64,000 nt of DNA from Octopus vulgaris. Lineage: Eukaryota. Under the pieces are notes generated by a model. That model had not been told where the DNA came from. It worked only from the letters and a program-made list of their open reading frames with translations, and ran no database searches. The translations under genes were made by a program, and so were the position numbers. Below are positions 13,429-29,093 of the stretch, piece after piece. Positions within the stretch are counted from its first letter, which is position 1. Every line of letters begins with the position of its first letter. The DNA lies in contig OX597822.1 of assembly GCA_951406725.2 (NCBI GenBank), positions 39,866,001 to 39,930,000 of the forward strand, written 5' to 3'.

Positions 13429-13471
<43 letters not shown>

Positions 13472-13840
13472 GTTTAATGTCCGTTTTCCGTGCTAGCACG
13501 GGTTGGACAGTTTGACCGGGGTCTGGGAAACCAGGAGGCTGCACCAGGCTCCAGTCTGATCTGGCAGTGCTTCTACAGCTGGATGCCCTTCCTAACGCCA
13601 GCCACTCCGTGATTGTAATGGGTGCTTTTTTCGTGCCACCGGCACAGGTGCCACGGGGGGAGGCGCATTGGCAGCGGCCACGATCGGTTGGTGCTTTTTA
13701 CGTGCCACCGGCACAGAAGCCAGTCAAGGCGGCGCTGCCATCGGCCACGTTCGGATGGTGCTTTTTACGTGCCGAAAGGCTGCAACAGAAAATAACAACC
13801 ACACTCTTACCCGCGCGTAGAGCGGGTCACCTTAAGCTAG
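11788..13840 (+). mobile_element. Non-autonomous Helitron, about 2 kb, inserted in (TA)n
   Basis: 5' A|TCTATATTATAAA at 11788; subterminal hairpin ACCCGC-GCGTAGA-GCGGGT; 3' CTAG|T at 13837-13840; internal minisatellites at 12045-12140 and 12849-13110. Confidence 0.68.
13431..13772 (-). mobile_element. SINE/RTE-tail element with (GAT)n tail, nested in the Helitron
   Basis: (CAT)n followed by CGTTTAATGTCCGTTTTCC..TACAGCTGGATGCCCTTCCTAACGCC and repeated GGTGCTTTTTACGTGCCACCGGCAC units. Confidence 0.65.
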
Positions 13841-13862
13841 TATATATATATATATATATATG

Positions 13863-13963
<101 letters not shown>

Positions 13964-13969
13964 ATATAT

Positions 13970-14003
<34 letters not shown>

Positions 14004-14008
14004 GTATG

Positions 14009-14092
<84 letters not shown>

Positions 14093-14165
14093 TATACAGA
14101 TAGAGTGATAGAGGAGAGACATTGCAAATATGTACAAACATAATTAGATACTCATGCATATGAAC

Positions 14166-14216
<51 letters not shown>

Positions 14217-14544
14217 GAGAGAATGTCAAATTAGACAGCGTTGAATCAGCGGCGCCAAAACGTTCCATACTCTGGTCTCCAGCCTGAAGATTGCAGCATA
14301 GAAATTTAAAGAAGTGTGGTTGCTATTTCTAGCAGAAGGATTGACAAACCCATTGGAGCATCTGACAAAATACGTTGTTAGATATAGAAACGAGATATTA
14401 CGACGAAGCAATGCTAAACCATCCTTGAAGGAAAGTCACGGCTGGAACGCCTTTGATCGTATATGCTTGCTCGATCAGTACTGACATAGGGTTAAATAGC
14501 GTAAACAACGCCTAAGTACAGAGCAGTTTAGTGGTGTTAGTCGA

Positions 14545-15573
14545 AAACACCATCGCCGCCCGCCACCACCATGACCACCACCATCACCATACCACCACCA
14601 ACGCCGCCGCCATCACCACCACCACTACTGCTACTATCACTATCAACTACGCCTCTACCATTACCACACTCACCAGCACCACCACTACCACATCCATAAC
14701 CAAGCCGCCACCACCATCACCACCACCACCACCACTACCACCATCACCACCATCACCACCACCACCACCACGATCACCACCGCTACTATCACTATCAGCT
14801 ACACTTCTACCATTACCACACTCACCAGCACCAGCACCACTACCACAACCATAACCAAGCCACCACTACCACCTAGACCACTATCATCACTACCATCCAT
14901 ACCACTACCGTAACAAACGTCATCACCACTGCTAGGAGTACCAGCTCACCACCATAACTACTACCACCACCACTATCATGACCAAGAACAACAACCACAA
15001 CAACATCGCAATAATTCCACTTATCCACTAAGTGGCGTGGGATAATCATTTAGGTGTGTCTTAATTGACCACAGCCTATGTCTTATTAAACAAGGCGTTG
15101 GTCATTATTGGGGGAGGAGGAGAGGTAACGGGGGGTGATTGGAAGTGAGGAAAGGGAGGAGGTGAGTAAAAAAGAGAGGTGGGGGTTGGAGGTGAAGTAA
15201 TAGGTTTACATACCAACGAATGTTAGACCACCACCACCACCACTACTGCCTCCGCCGCCTCCATCGCATACAACCACAATAACAATAGCAACAGCGATAC
15301 AATTACATCGCCACCAATGACAACCACGAACATGAACGCAGCCTCCACTGTCTCCATCGCCATCTTTGACATCATCATCATCATCATTATCGTCTAAAGC
15401 TTCTTTCACCACGACCAAAAGTACCACCACCCCGCCGCCCCCTCACTAGCACCCACCACCACCACCACCAACACACGGCCACATTCAATACCATCGTCAC
15501 TACCTCTACCATCATTGCGGCCACCATCACCATCTTCACCACCGCCACTACTACCACAACCACCACCACCACC

Positions 15574-15609
<36 letters not shown>

Positions 15610-15787
15610 CCACTACAAGTACTACCTTATCTACCATCACCTTCACTAGCACTATCACAGTAACAACTGCTACCACCACAACCAGCATCACACCACCACC
15701 ACCACCACCACCACCACCACCACCACCACCACCACAAGCAACAAAAACAGCAATGTAAACACTATAACAACCACCTCGTTTAATACC

Positions 15788-15818
<31 letters not shown>

Positions 15819-16050
15819 CTATCACCACTACAACCGCTACCACTAATTACCACCACAACAAACACTCAAATGACAGCACCACATGTACTATCACCGCAAC
15901 CACCACTCTTACCATCGTCAACACCCCTTCGGAAGCACCTATATGGTTGCTCCACCTGCAAGAAATCACAATCAAATCACTATTTAAACGTCAAACAATA
16001 TGGAAGGCTACTTTCGAGAATGTTTATTCCACACACACGCACACACACAC

Positions 16051-16140
<90 letters not shown>

Positions 16141-16318
16141 GCATAAGTCTTAGATTGGGAGGATCGTCAAGGCTGGAACGTCTTTTATTATAGTTCTGTT
16201 GAATCAAGACTAAACACCACCACCGCCTCCAGGACCCCCACCAACACAACACCACCACCGCCCTCAGTACACCATCTCTACGGTGACAGCATCACCATCA
16301 TCACCCCACCACCATTAT

Positions 16319-16369
<51 letters not shown>

Positions 16370-16380
16370 CACTACTGCAA
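14545..16380. repeat. Degenerate (CAC/CAA/TAC)n trinucleotide region with (CA)n
   Basis: Direct reading; source of the poly-T/P/H and poly-V/G ORFs. Confidence 0.9.
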
Positions 16381-16696
16381 GGAATGGGTGGGAGCACTAG
16401 TGCGGCGTAGGTGTTGTGACTTTAGGGGCTCCAAATATCGTTAAATATGTGTAACCTGCTGATAGTTGAGTGAGATCCTGTGAAGTTATGAGAAAGTGGG
16501 TTCTCAGAAACCCATAAATGTCACATCAAATGGTCTAAACATGTTAATTAATAAATTAATAATAATTAACGATCACACACTCCCTCAATATTTAGCAACA
16601 TTCTTTGAACGCATCCATCTTTCATCCTTGGTCTCTCTACAATTAATCCATTACAAATCCATCGCTTAAACATCTAACTCATCAATGTCTCGGTCA

Positions 16697-17286
16697 CAAG
16701 CACAAGGCCTGCAATTTCGGGGGAGGGAGTAAGTTGATTACATCGATCATAGTGTTGAACAGGTACTTACTTTATTGACCCTGAATAGATGAAAAGCAAA
16801 GTCGACCTCGGCAGAATTTGAACTCGGGTCGTAAAAAAGGACGAAATCCTGCTAAGCATGTCGCACTGCACGCTAACGCTTCTGCCAGCTCACTATACTG
16901 TCTTGGTCATTTAATACTGATTTCAAACTTTGCCACAAGGCCAGCAATTTTAGGCAAGGAGCAAGTCAATTACATCAACCCCAGTATTCAACTGCTACTG
17001 ATTTTATCGATCTCTAAAGAATGAAACGCACAGTCGAATTCGGCGGACTCGTCTCGGTCATTTTTATTCTTTTCTACTCTAGGCTCAAGGCCCGAAATTT
17101 TGGGGGAAGGGGGGGGGTCAGTCGATTAGATCGACCCCAATACGCAACTGGTACTTAATTTATCGACTCCGAAAGGACGAAAGGCAAAGACAACCTCAGA
17201 GGCATTTGAGATCAGAAGGTAGCGGCAGACGAAATACTGCTAAGCATTTCCCCCGGTGTGCTAATGTTTCTGCCAGCTCGCCGCCT
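16697..17286 (-). mobile_element. Three adjacent SINE family B copies
   Basis: Copies at about 16697-16892, 16920-17047 and 17063-17286, each preceded by GTCTYGGTCA. Confidence 0.82.
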
Positions 17287-17349
17287 TTCTATCATTTATA
17301 TTAACAACCATCAACCGTCACTCATTATCGTATCACTCGTTCTAGTCTG

Positions 17350-18052
17350 TGTCTATCCACCCATCCATACACCTGTCACCTGACTATCTATCTATTTTTT
17401 CGCGTCCATCCATCAGTTCGTCAATACAATCAGACCTATCAGACTATCGATCGATCCATCGAGCCATCATCCATTGACCCATCCAAAATGCACACCACCC
17501 ATCATTCTAGCCATTTGTCTATCCATCTAACCATGCACCCATCGATCCATCGATCCATTCATTCACTCGCCCACCTATACATCCAAACCCTTTTCCATTC
17601 AGTCCTCCATCACTACAACTAACCATCCTCCTGCCAACTCAATCCACCCAACTATCCATGCTTAGATACACATACTCACTCACTTATTTATCTATCCAAC
17701 TAACCATCCATCCATCCATCCATCCATCCACATATTCACTCATCCACCATTCGCTTATCCACGCATTCACCAATCCACCCATCTATCATCCAGTCTCTCG
17801 TTTCTCTCTCCACCCCTCTTTACCGCCAACCACCCTTCCTCCCGCACACCATCTATCCCTAATCTCGCCATCCTTCCCTTAGTCCATCTATCTATCCACC
17901 CATCCAACCATCCATCCATCCATCCATCCATCCATCCATCCATCCATCCATCCATACATCCATCCATCCATCCATCCATCCATCCATCTATCCATCCATC
18001 CATCCATCCATCCATCCATCCATACGTCCATCCATCCATCCATCCACCCATC
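17350..18052. repeat. (CCAT)n microsatellite, degenerate to pure
   Basis: Direct reading. Confidence 0.9.
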
Positions 18053-18059
18053 TTAACCT

Positions 18060-18900
18060 TATTGTTTTTAGCCTTATGTTTATTGTCTTAGCCTTATATT
18101 GTTTTTCCGTTTGATTTTCAATAGGGACGCCGTTTTCCTGTGTCTCGATCTAATGAAGTGTTTAAATTATTTACTACTTTTAGGTTCGCATTTTTCAGAA
18201 CTCTATGAGTCATTTTATGAGTGTCTTTGCAAATTTATTCATATGACCATCCAGATTGTGGGGTACGGCTAGTCCCTCATCTCTCTATTGTCCTATGTTA
18301 GTGGCTTACATTCTGATGTCTTTTTTCGTCTATGTAGTAATGTATAATGTGACTAAATCTGATATTCACTCTCCCACAGATGTTATGCCTACATTGAAAT
18401 GTTCGTTTTTGCGATACTTGACTAAGAGTTGGCATAAAGTAATAACGGCTTCGCATAGTCAGCTCCAGTTATGAGGGTGTATTTTTTCTTCCTGAATACA
18501 ACGGTTTTCAGAGGTTTAGAAATGAGAGGGTAGTATTTTACAATATCGAACTGCATAATTTTTGACATGAGTTGTCTTTCAGTATTGCTAAGCCACGTAA
18601 ATGAGGTGCTACTGTAGTTCCATTGTAATTGATTTATATTCATCAGATTTTAGATTTTATACAGTCAAGTATGTGTTTATTACCTATTTACGGATTGGGT
18701 AAACAAGTCTGCATTTAGATAAGATATAAAATTATAACAATGGTTCTTTACTGTTAAGTAAGGTTTTCACCGAGTGAAACATTCTACCTTGACTTCTAAA
18801 TGTGTAGCTGGAAATCTCACTCTGTTATTTATTAGCTAATACGTATTTGAGATTGTTACTTGTTTTATAGGGTGTAATTTATATCGCTTGATATTAATTT
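18060..18900 (-). pseudogene. Decayed Penelope-like RT (second PLE family)
   Basis: KCRLVYP, QWN..W..QFDIVKYYPLIS, FNV..E*ISDLVTLY and IGQ*RDEGLAV match CRLINP / FDIxxFYPSI / FDVTMG..EICELVGLY / IGLYRDDGLAV. Confidence 0.72.
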
Positions 18901-19019
18901 GTTGTATGTATTTCTATGTAGTTTTAGTTTTATCGTGTGTCATATATATATTGAGTTTTTAAAGAGTGAAAAATGTCATTGAACAGGTTTGGAAAATTAT
19001 TAGAGTAATTTTTAAAAGT

Positions 19020-19330
19020 TCTCTTTATAAAATAGAAAAGACACATTTGGGATAAACAAAAGCACTTTCAAACTACGATATACATAACAATTATAAAGAC
19101 AACATCATATTCGCTTCCTTATCATAATACATATGGTACGTTAAAATCAAGAGTGGAAAACAATCCTATGGAAATAAAGAGGATCATTGAAAAAGTATAT
19201 TCATGTTAGATGTGACAGGATCAGTAATTTATGCACACCTGGAAACTTAAAAATGCTAATTATGGATGTCACCATGTTAGATAGAAAAGAAGAAACTGTT
19301 GTTACATGTTTATATAACACAAAATCAACG
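19020..19330 (+). pseudogene. Decayed C-terminal GIY-YIG endonuclease of a PLE
   Basis: FGINKSTFKLRYT*Q, SLS*YIWYVK, NLC and MLDRKEETVVTC match YIG.T..FK.RY.NH / LSKYIW.LK / C.LC / LN.R.E...C. Confidence 0.62.
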
Positions 19331-19594
19331 TTGAATTTTTTCTACGCACACCGGTGTCAGTAACATTGGATATGTAAACAGGATAATAACAAAATCAAAA
19401 TACAAATTTCAGCAAAACGAACCAGAGACCCCTTCAAAGATAAAGTTATGTTCTTCAAGTGATTTACGATAAACTTTCTAAATAATCACTTGTAGTACCC
19501 CAACCTTGTCAAAGACATACATAAACTATACAGCCTGGCACAATCAATAAAATGGATAAAATGGATGTGTTGTGGTGTTAACATGCCTTTTATC

Positions 19595-20110
19595 TTTTAA
19601 CTAGTTTCTCTTATCGGACGGTGGCCATGCTGGTGCACCACCTTGAAGGGTTTTACGAGAACAAATTGCCCCCAGTACTTATTGTCGTAAAGGCTTATGC
19701 TTATTCTATCAGCTGCTTTTGCCGAGCTGCTAAGGCTGTCTTCGACATTTTCTATCCAAAAGATTTTTCGACCCAATATATAAATGTTATTCTTTATGTT
19801 ATATCTTTCAAGAATACACACACGCGCGCACATACACACAGATACATAAATATATATGTACGTAAATGTGTGTATATATATATATATATGAATGTATATA
19901 TATATATATACACATACATACATGTATACACACACACAAACATATACGACGAGCTTCTTGCATTTTCCGTCAACCAAAGCCATTGAATAATCTCTGGTGG
20001 ACTCGATGCTAAAGCAGAAGTCACTTTCCCAAGATGCCACTTAGTGGGACTAAACCAAAAACCATGTAGCTTGGAAGCAAACTTCCTACTAAAGAGCCAC
20101 ACCCCCACCC
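19595..20110 (-). mobile_element. Degenerate full-length SINE family A
   Basis: Tail (GTGGCCATGCTGGTGCACCACC), internal microsatellite and head (CCCAAGATGCCACTTAGTGGGACTAAACC) in the expected order. Confidence 0.7.
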
Positions 20111-20159
20111 CAAACATTATATAGTAATACAGTAATCACAAACTGAATATTCTGCTTTC

Positions 20160-20362
20160 GAATTTTGATACGAGGCCGGTAATCTCGGAGGAATGGTCGA
20201 TTACATCCTCCCTTGTGCTCAAATAATAATTGTTTTATTGACCCCGAAAGGATAAAAGGTAAAGTAAATATCGGCGGAATTTGAACTCAGATCCTTAAAA
20301 ACAGGCGAAATGCTGCTATGCAGTTTGTCCGGAGCGCTAACGATTCTGTCAGCTCGCCGTCT
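20160..20362 (-). mobile_element. SINE family B
   Basis: GACCCCGAAAGGATAAAAGG..GGCGGAATTTGAACTCAG..GCTAACGATTCTGTCAGCTCGCCG. Confidence 0.75.
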
Positions 20363-20482
20363 TGCAAGCTGAGTATATTAAATAATATACTCTAGACTCT
20401 TTATTGAGTACTTTTCCTGTCGTTCGTGAAGAAACGCCTCCTCCTACAAAACACACACGCGTACATATATAAGCATACATAC

Positions 20483-20580
<98 letters not shown>

Positions 20581-21219
20581 ATATATATATACAGATAGAT
20601 AGATAGACATAGACAGACATATACACATAGATACATCCACCTATCCATATGTATGTGTGTATAGGCGTGCATATTCTCACACATACTTGCACATATGATG
20701 TACAATGTTGTGCTGTTACTACATTAAGTCAGTAACAAATTGCTATTCTTCCCAACTTCACCAATCCACAAGATAATCAGACAAGTTCTCATGATGGACA
20801 CTAACCTATATGAACTTTAACCTCTTTTTTTTTCCTATCTACCACTTTTGCCTTTTTGTCTGTGTTTTTTTTGGCCTTTTTTTTTTTGCTTTTTATTTCT
20901 CGTTTTGCGTTGTGGTTGTTTACGGGGGAGTGGAGGTGGGCTGGGGGGAAGAGCAATTACTTCATCCGCTGGTTGTTAACTGGAAGTGCTCCCCTCCCTG
21001 CTTTTCTTCTCTCCCCCCTACTCCTCTGCCTAACACCATCATCATAATATCGTTGCGTAATCAGAGACCGGATGCCCTACTCTCCGAAAACGGATGACTC
21101 CTTGTGTTGTGTATGAATGGTTCACTGAGCAGGTGGGGGTGGGGGTGGCCGTGGTGGGGGTTTACGACGAGAGATAAAAGAGACACATATATAAATGGAT
21201 GAAATTAACAATGGAAGCT

Positions 21220-21261
<42 letters not shown>

Positions 21262-21746
21262 AACTGACAGACAAAGAAAGAAAGAAAGAAAAAGAGAAGT
21301 ATGGAGAGAAAGAGAGTGTGAATAAGGTTGAGTGGGGTGGGAAAAAAGAGTAATGCAAATGGATGGAGAGGAGGCTGGATAAAGAGAGATAAACGATAAA
21401 GAAAGAAAAGGTAAAAGATAAAGAGGAGAGAGGGAGATATATATATATATATATTTGAATGAAAGAATGGAAAGAGAGACGTTGATAAATGGATGGAACT
21501 TGGTGTGTATATATATATATATATATATATGTATACATATATATAGACATAAGTAGACATATACATATATGTGCACACACACACCACACACACATATATA
21601 TATACATATATAAGTATATTTTTTATACATATACATGCACACACACATACATACACAAGTGCGTGCACACACACACACACATATACATACTCGTATATAT
21701 GCATATGTAAATTATATGTATATGTGTATATATACGAATATATATA

Positions 21747-21796
<50 letters not shown>

Positions 21797-21803
<7 letters not shown>

Positions 21804-21880
21804 ATCACGTGACCGACCAGGCCATCAGATGTTGCTACACATCGCTGGTCACAATGCACTTTGCATTGTTTTAGCCTTCA
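21797..21880 (-). mobile_element. SINE family C tail fragment
   Basis: TCACGTGATCACGTGACCGACCAGGCCATCAGATGTTGCTACAC, as at 60842-60920. Confidence 0.75.
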
Positions 21881-22156
21881 GTGACATACATAAAGCGAGA
21901 AAGTGACAGAATACTAAATCTTAGAGGTAGAGGTTGGAGATAAGAAACAGGTGAGAAGATATGATAACAAACATTCAAGCACACACACACAAACACACAC
22001 GCGCACGCACGTACATACACACATGTATATGCTCCAATCTTTTCCTCTTCTTTGGGCTATACAGGATCGGAAGAAGAGCTATGTCCGAAATATAATAGTT
22101 TTGCTTTTAACTTGCCTTTTAAAACTCTTCTCAAATTTATAATATTCAGTATGAAT

Positions 22157-22537
22157 ATCATTGTTACTTCATTGTTACTGACGTACTTACAGACGGCAAA
22201 ACTTCGAAGTTACTGGGACCGGTATTTCATCGGAATGTATGTATGTATGTATGTGCGTATGCATGCATGCATGTATGTATATATGCAAGTATGTATGTAT
22301 ATATATGTGTATATATTTACATATACATATGCATATGCATGTATGTAAGTATGTATGTATGCATGCATGTATGTATATATATACATGTATATATTTACAT
22401 ACATATACATATGTATGTTTGTATCTATCGATCTGTCTATCTATACATGCATATACGTTTATATATATATATATATACTCACACATTTATATATATATGT
22501 ATATAAATATATATATATATGTATATATAAACATATA

Positions 22538-22581
<44 letters not shown>

Positions 22582-22755
22582 TGTATATACATGTATATAT
22601 ACATACTTACATACATATATATATCTGTGTTTCTGTGTAATATATTTCTATATATACATAATAATGGCCGTGCGGTAAGAACCTTGCTTCCCAACCACAG
22701 TGTTCCAGGTTCAGTCCCACTGGATTTGGTAGATGGAAATTGAAAGAAGCCTATC

Positions 22756-22790
<35 letters not shown>
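22157..22790 (+). repeat. Copy A of a local direct duplication (copy B at 27004-28030)
   Basis: Shared ATCATTGTTACTTCATTGTTACTGACGTACTTACAGACGGCAAAACTTCGAAGT start, same microsatellite interruptions, same deleted SINE A head. Confidence 0.9.
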
Positions 22791-22791
<1 letters not shown>

Positions 22792-23317
22792 ACACACACG
22801 CACGCACACACACACACACATACACACTATGATTTCTGTCATCTCCCTCAGCTCTTTTCCTAACAGACACTGCTCCTTGTTCCTTGGCCTTAGATTTTGA
22901 TATATAAAATTTGATAAACAAGACAAAGTTAAAACTGACCCCAAAAAACAGTGACAAGCTTGATCTCTGAATTTACGCAGTTGAGGTTTGCTCTGCATTA
23001 AAATTGATCTAATGGTTGCGTTGTTCTGTATACGTGTGTGTATATATATGTGTGTATAAATATATATATATATATGCATAAGTATATATATGCCTATATA
23101 TATATATATAGAAAATAGTAAAAAGTGAAAAAACTATGTCATTGTAAACATAGTTTCTTCTAAACTGTCATTGTAAGAAAAAAATTTACAATATTCTTCA
23201 GACATATTGACTCAAATATATATTTTTTAACCTTTTAAAACAAGCCTTCTGTAGTTTTTTCACTTTTTACTATTTTCTATATATTCAACCACGTGCTTTC
23301 ACAAACCAACTTTCTCA

Positions 23318-23386
<69 letters not shown>

Positions 23387-23406
23387 ATAGATATATATAC
23401 ATTTAA

Positions 23407-23448
<42 letters not shown>

Positions 23449-23686
23449 GTATACATACATACATACAGACAGACTGACAGACAGACATAGAAGCTAAACA
23501 GGCATCTTATCGAAGCGTTCATGAAAATCGATAGGTGACTGAGTGTAGTGTATAACATACGTAGATTAGTAAACTTTGTTGATCGACTACCACTTACATT
23601 GTGTCGTTTCTACAAGCCGCGTATGTGCTTGACACTAACTAACAGCCTGTACCAAGTTCTTTTTGGATAGTATTACTTTAATACTA

Positions 23687-23740
<54 letters not shown>

Positions 23741-24093
23741 ATATCAATAGTTAGGGAATATAAAAATGCCAAGCCAACATGGAAAAAATTCAATTTAGCA
23801 CGCTAAAACAAAAATCCACAATATATTATATATATAGAGAGCGAGAATTCACAGACAAACCGCTATTTAGTTATTTATGGTTTGATTATAATACCATTTC
23901 ATTATTATTTTTAGACCTGAAGAGTGGCTATATATTTTAAAACTGAATTAATATTAACTTTTCTATTATCGATTTATATATATAGTTTAGTATTGTTTTG
24001 TGATTTTTAGATTAATATTTATAAATTATAATATTTTTAATTAATTTCTATGTAGGTATTATAGATAATACTAAATAGGGGTCTGTCTCTAAA

Positions 24094-24186
<93 letters not shown>

Positions 24187-24350
24187 TATAAGTGTGTGTG
24201 TGTGTGTATACTCAATTGTCAATAACTGTGACTGACAGTGCTGGGTAGTACCAATATTGCTAAAAATAAATCTTTAAAGCTCTTTGAGTCACCAGAAAGA
24301 ATATTTTCCTATACTGACAGGGGAGATAACCGTCTCATAAGCGAAGCTAG

Positions 24351-24402
24351 ATCAGACTACACTAGTTTCGCTTGAAAAATTACAAGCTCGTCAATAGTGA
24401 CT
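24351..24402 (-). ncRNA. Degenerate type I hammerhead motif (same family as 5919-5965)
   Basis: CACTA-TTGACGA-GCTTG(TAATTTTT)CAAGC-GAA-ACTA(GTG)TAGT-C; C3>U change and weakened stem I. Confidence 0.6.
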
Positions 24403-24546
24403 ACGCCATCCACAGTCAGTATATGAAAACATGCTTTCTTGCGAGTCTGCGGGCTTTTAACTCTTATTTCTAGCAATATAGGAAACCCAGCACCGTCGGT
24501 CACAATTAGTGAGAATCGAAATTTTCCTTTGCCTGTAGCAGCCGTC

Positions 24547-26777
<2,231 letters not shown>

Positions 26778-27003
26778 TTATATTCATATATATATAAGCT
26801 AGAAAATATACAAACATCTGTATAGACTAAGAATGAGGCACCAGTACAAAAATACGTAATTTGCAAGTAAAATTCGGTAAGCGTGCACGCAACAATATGT
26901 TTGAAAAGACGGCCAGAGAAAGGGTGGATGAAAGAAAGCTTGTCTCCATTCCTCTTCGACAGTGTAACCCTTGCCATATTATCTATCATTAAATGCTTCC
27001 ACC

Positions 27004-27306
27004 ATCATTGTTACTTCATTGTTACTGACGTACTTACAGACGGCAAAACTTCGAAGTCACTGTGACCATTATTTCATCGGAATAACACATGTATGTATGT
27101 ATGTATGTGCGTATGCATGCATGCATGTATGTATATATGCAAGTATGTATGTATATATACGTGTATATATTTACATATACATATGCATATGCATGTATGT
27201 ATGTATGCATGCATGCATGTATGTATATATATACATGTATATATTTACATACATATACATATGTATGTTTGTATCAATCGATCTGTCTATCTATACATGC
27301 ATATAC

Positions 27307-27380
<74 letters not shown>

Positions 27381-27430
27381 TTATATATATATATATGTAT
27401 ATAAATGTATATATATATGTATATATATAC

Positions 27431-27479
<49 letters not shown>

Positions 27480-28030
27480 GGTCCCGGGTTGATTCGGGGT
27501 TAACCACAGTAAATAAGGTACTCAATACATAGCAGAGTAAAATTAATTTATTATATAGAAGGAGCTTCTACAGGACTAGAACTGTTTCATTCAAGAGAAA
27601 TCTTCAGGAAGCTAGTTAACAAGAATTGTATTGGCATTTATACATTTAGGCAGGTTTATAGGGGTGGTGGTGGGGGACTTTTTGGGGGTAGGCATAGCGC
27701 AAAAATATCATACTTGGGGGAGTGGTCAAGGAGTCAGTGGTAAATTAGATAGAAGAATAAATAAAAGAATAAAAAAAAGAATAAAAAATAAAAAAAAAAA
27801 TATATATACATATATGTATATACATGTATATATACATACTTACATACATATATATATCTGTGTTTCTGTGTAATATATTTCTATATATACATAATAATGG
27901 CCGTGCGGTAAGAACCTTGCTTCCCAACCACAGTGTACCAGGTTCAGTCCCACTGGATTTGGTAGATGGAAATTGAAAGAAGCCTATCGCACACACACTC
28001 ACACACACAAACACACGCACACACCCACAT
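27004..28030 (+). repeat. Copy B of the direct duplication, carrying an extra insertion at 27478-27800
   Basis: Colinear with 22157-22790 apart from a roughly 320-bp insert in the (TA)n tract. Confidence 0.9.
27563..27613 (-). ncRNA. Type I hammerhead ribozyme motif
   Basis: AGCTTC-CTGAAGA-T-TTC(TCTT)GAA-T-GAA-ACAG(TTCTAGTC)CTGT-A-GAAGCT: 6-bp stem I, 4-bp stem III, GUA site; stem II closed by a U-U mismatch. Confidence 0.75.
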
Positions 28031-28495
28031 ACATATATGATTGTGTGTGTGTGTGTGTTGTATAAAAGGATAAAAGTAACATACACCTATGTGCGAGTGC
28101 CTATCATTATAAAATCGATTCTGAGAATTGAGAAAACCGTTCAAACATCAGACAAAAATTTCCTTTGAGTTTACTGTTTCTATGTTTTATGTGTTGAGTC
28201 CAAAATTTAGCAAAGCCGAACTTTCGTTTCATCTTTCCAGGGATTTATAAAATAAAATAATTGAATGTGTCTGGTTGTTTTAGAATTGTTAAAGTGACCG
28301 CTTTTCTTCCTGTTTTTAAACTGTAACATCGTGTCTGATACACGGATGGTAAGTTATTGTTTAAAAGTAATAAATTTGAACTCTACAAACGTATATAATA
28401 ACCAATCAAATTAATGTAAAATAACTTTTAACATAACTGAACTTAACAAAAAAAACAAACACTAACATCTGTGTTATTGTTTATTCTTCACAAAG

Positions 28496-28680
28496 CAGCG
28501 AGCTGGCAGAATCGTTAGCATGTCGGGTGAAATGCTTAGCGGTTCTGAGTTCAAATTCCGCCGAGGTTGATTTTCATACTTTCGGGGGTCGATAAATTTA
28601 GTACTAGTTGCATACTAGATTCAATCTAATCGACTGTCGCCTCCTCCCAAAATTCGGGCTTTGTGCATGGAGTAGAGAAG
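28496..28680 (+). mobile_element. SINE family B
   Basis: GCGAGCTGGCAGAATCGTTAGC..GAGTTCAAATTCCGCCGAGG..GGGGTCGATAAA. Confidence 0.78.
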
Positions 28681-29001
28681 ATTATTTATTCTTCACCTTA
28701 CTCGGAAACCTGCTTACGTTTGGCTCTGGGGTCTCTAGTCGACTGCGAAGTGCGTGCACTGATTCTAAACCCTGTAAGACCCTGTATGACCATATACGTT
28801 GTGTATTCAGTCATGAATGTATGCTTAAATGGAAGAACAAATCTATATTTACTGTAGTAAGTACGGGTATTTCAGTATACATTGCGGGTACCCAGTTGCG
28901 CTAAACCCCAAATCTACCTTCGGTGCTTTTACAATTTAAATACCCGTTTCTTTCCGACTCCTGAAAATTAATATATATTTATATATATATATATATAGTC
29001 A

Positions 29002-29093
29002 CCTACGGACGTATGTTTCGAAATCAAGTTTTAGGAAAGCATAAGAATTAGATAATTCTACCTTACCCAAACTTCTTTTCTCATCAGCGTAGG
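29002..29093 (-). ncRNA. Type I hammerhead, inverted copy
   Basis: Reverse complement of 29509-29600; stem III reads ACATACGT instead of ACGTACGT. Confidence 0.78.

Noticed and set aside
14531-14854. His/Thr/Pro-rich ORF resembling a mucin or extensin exon
   Set aside because: Lies in degenerate (CAC)n repeat; no splice or codon evidence distinguishing it from neighbouring repeats.
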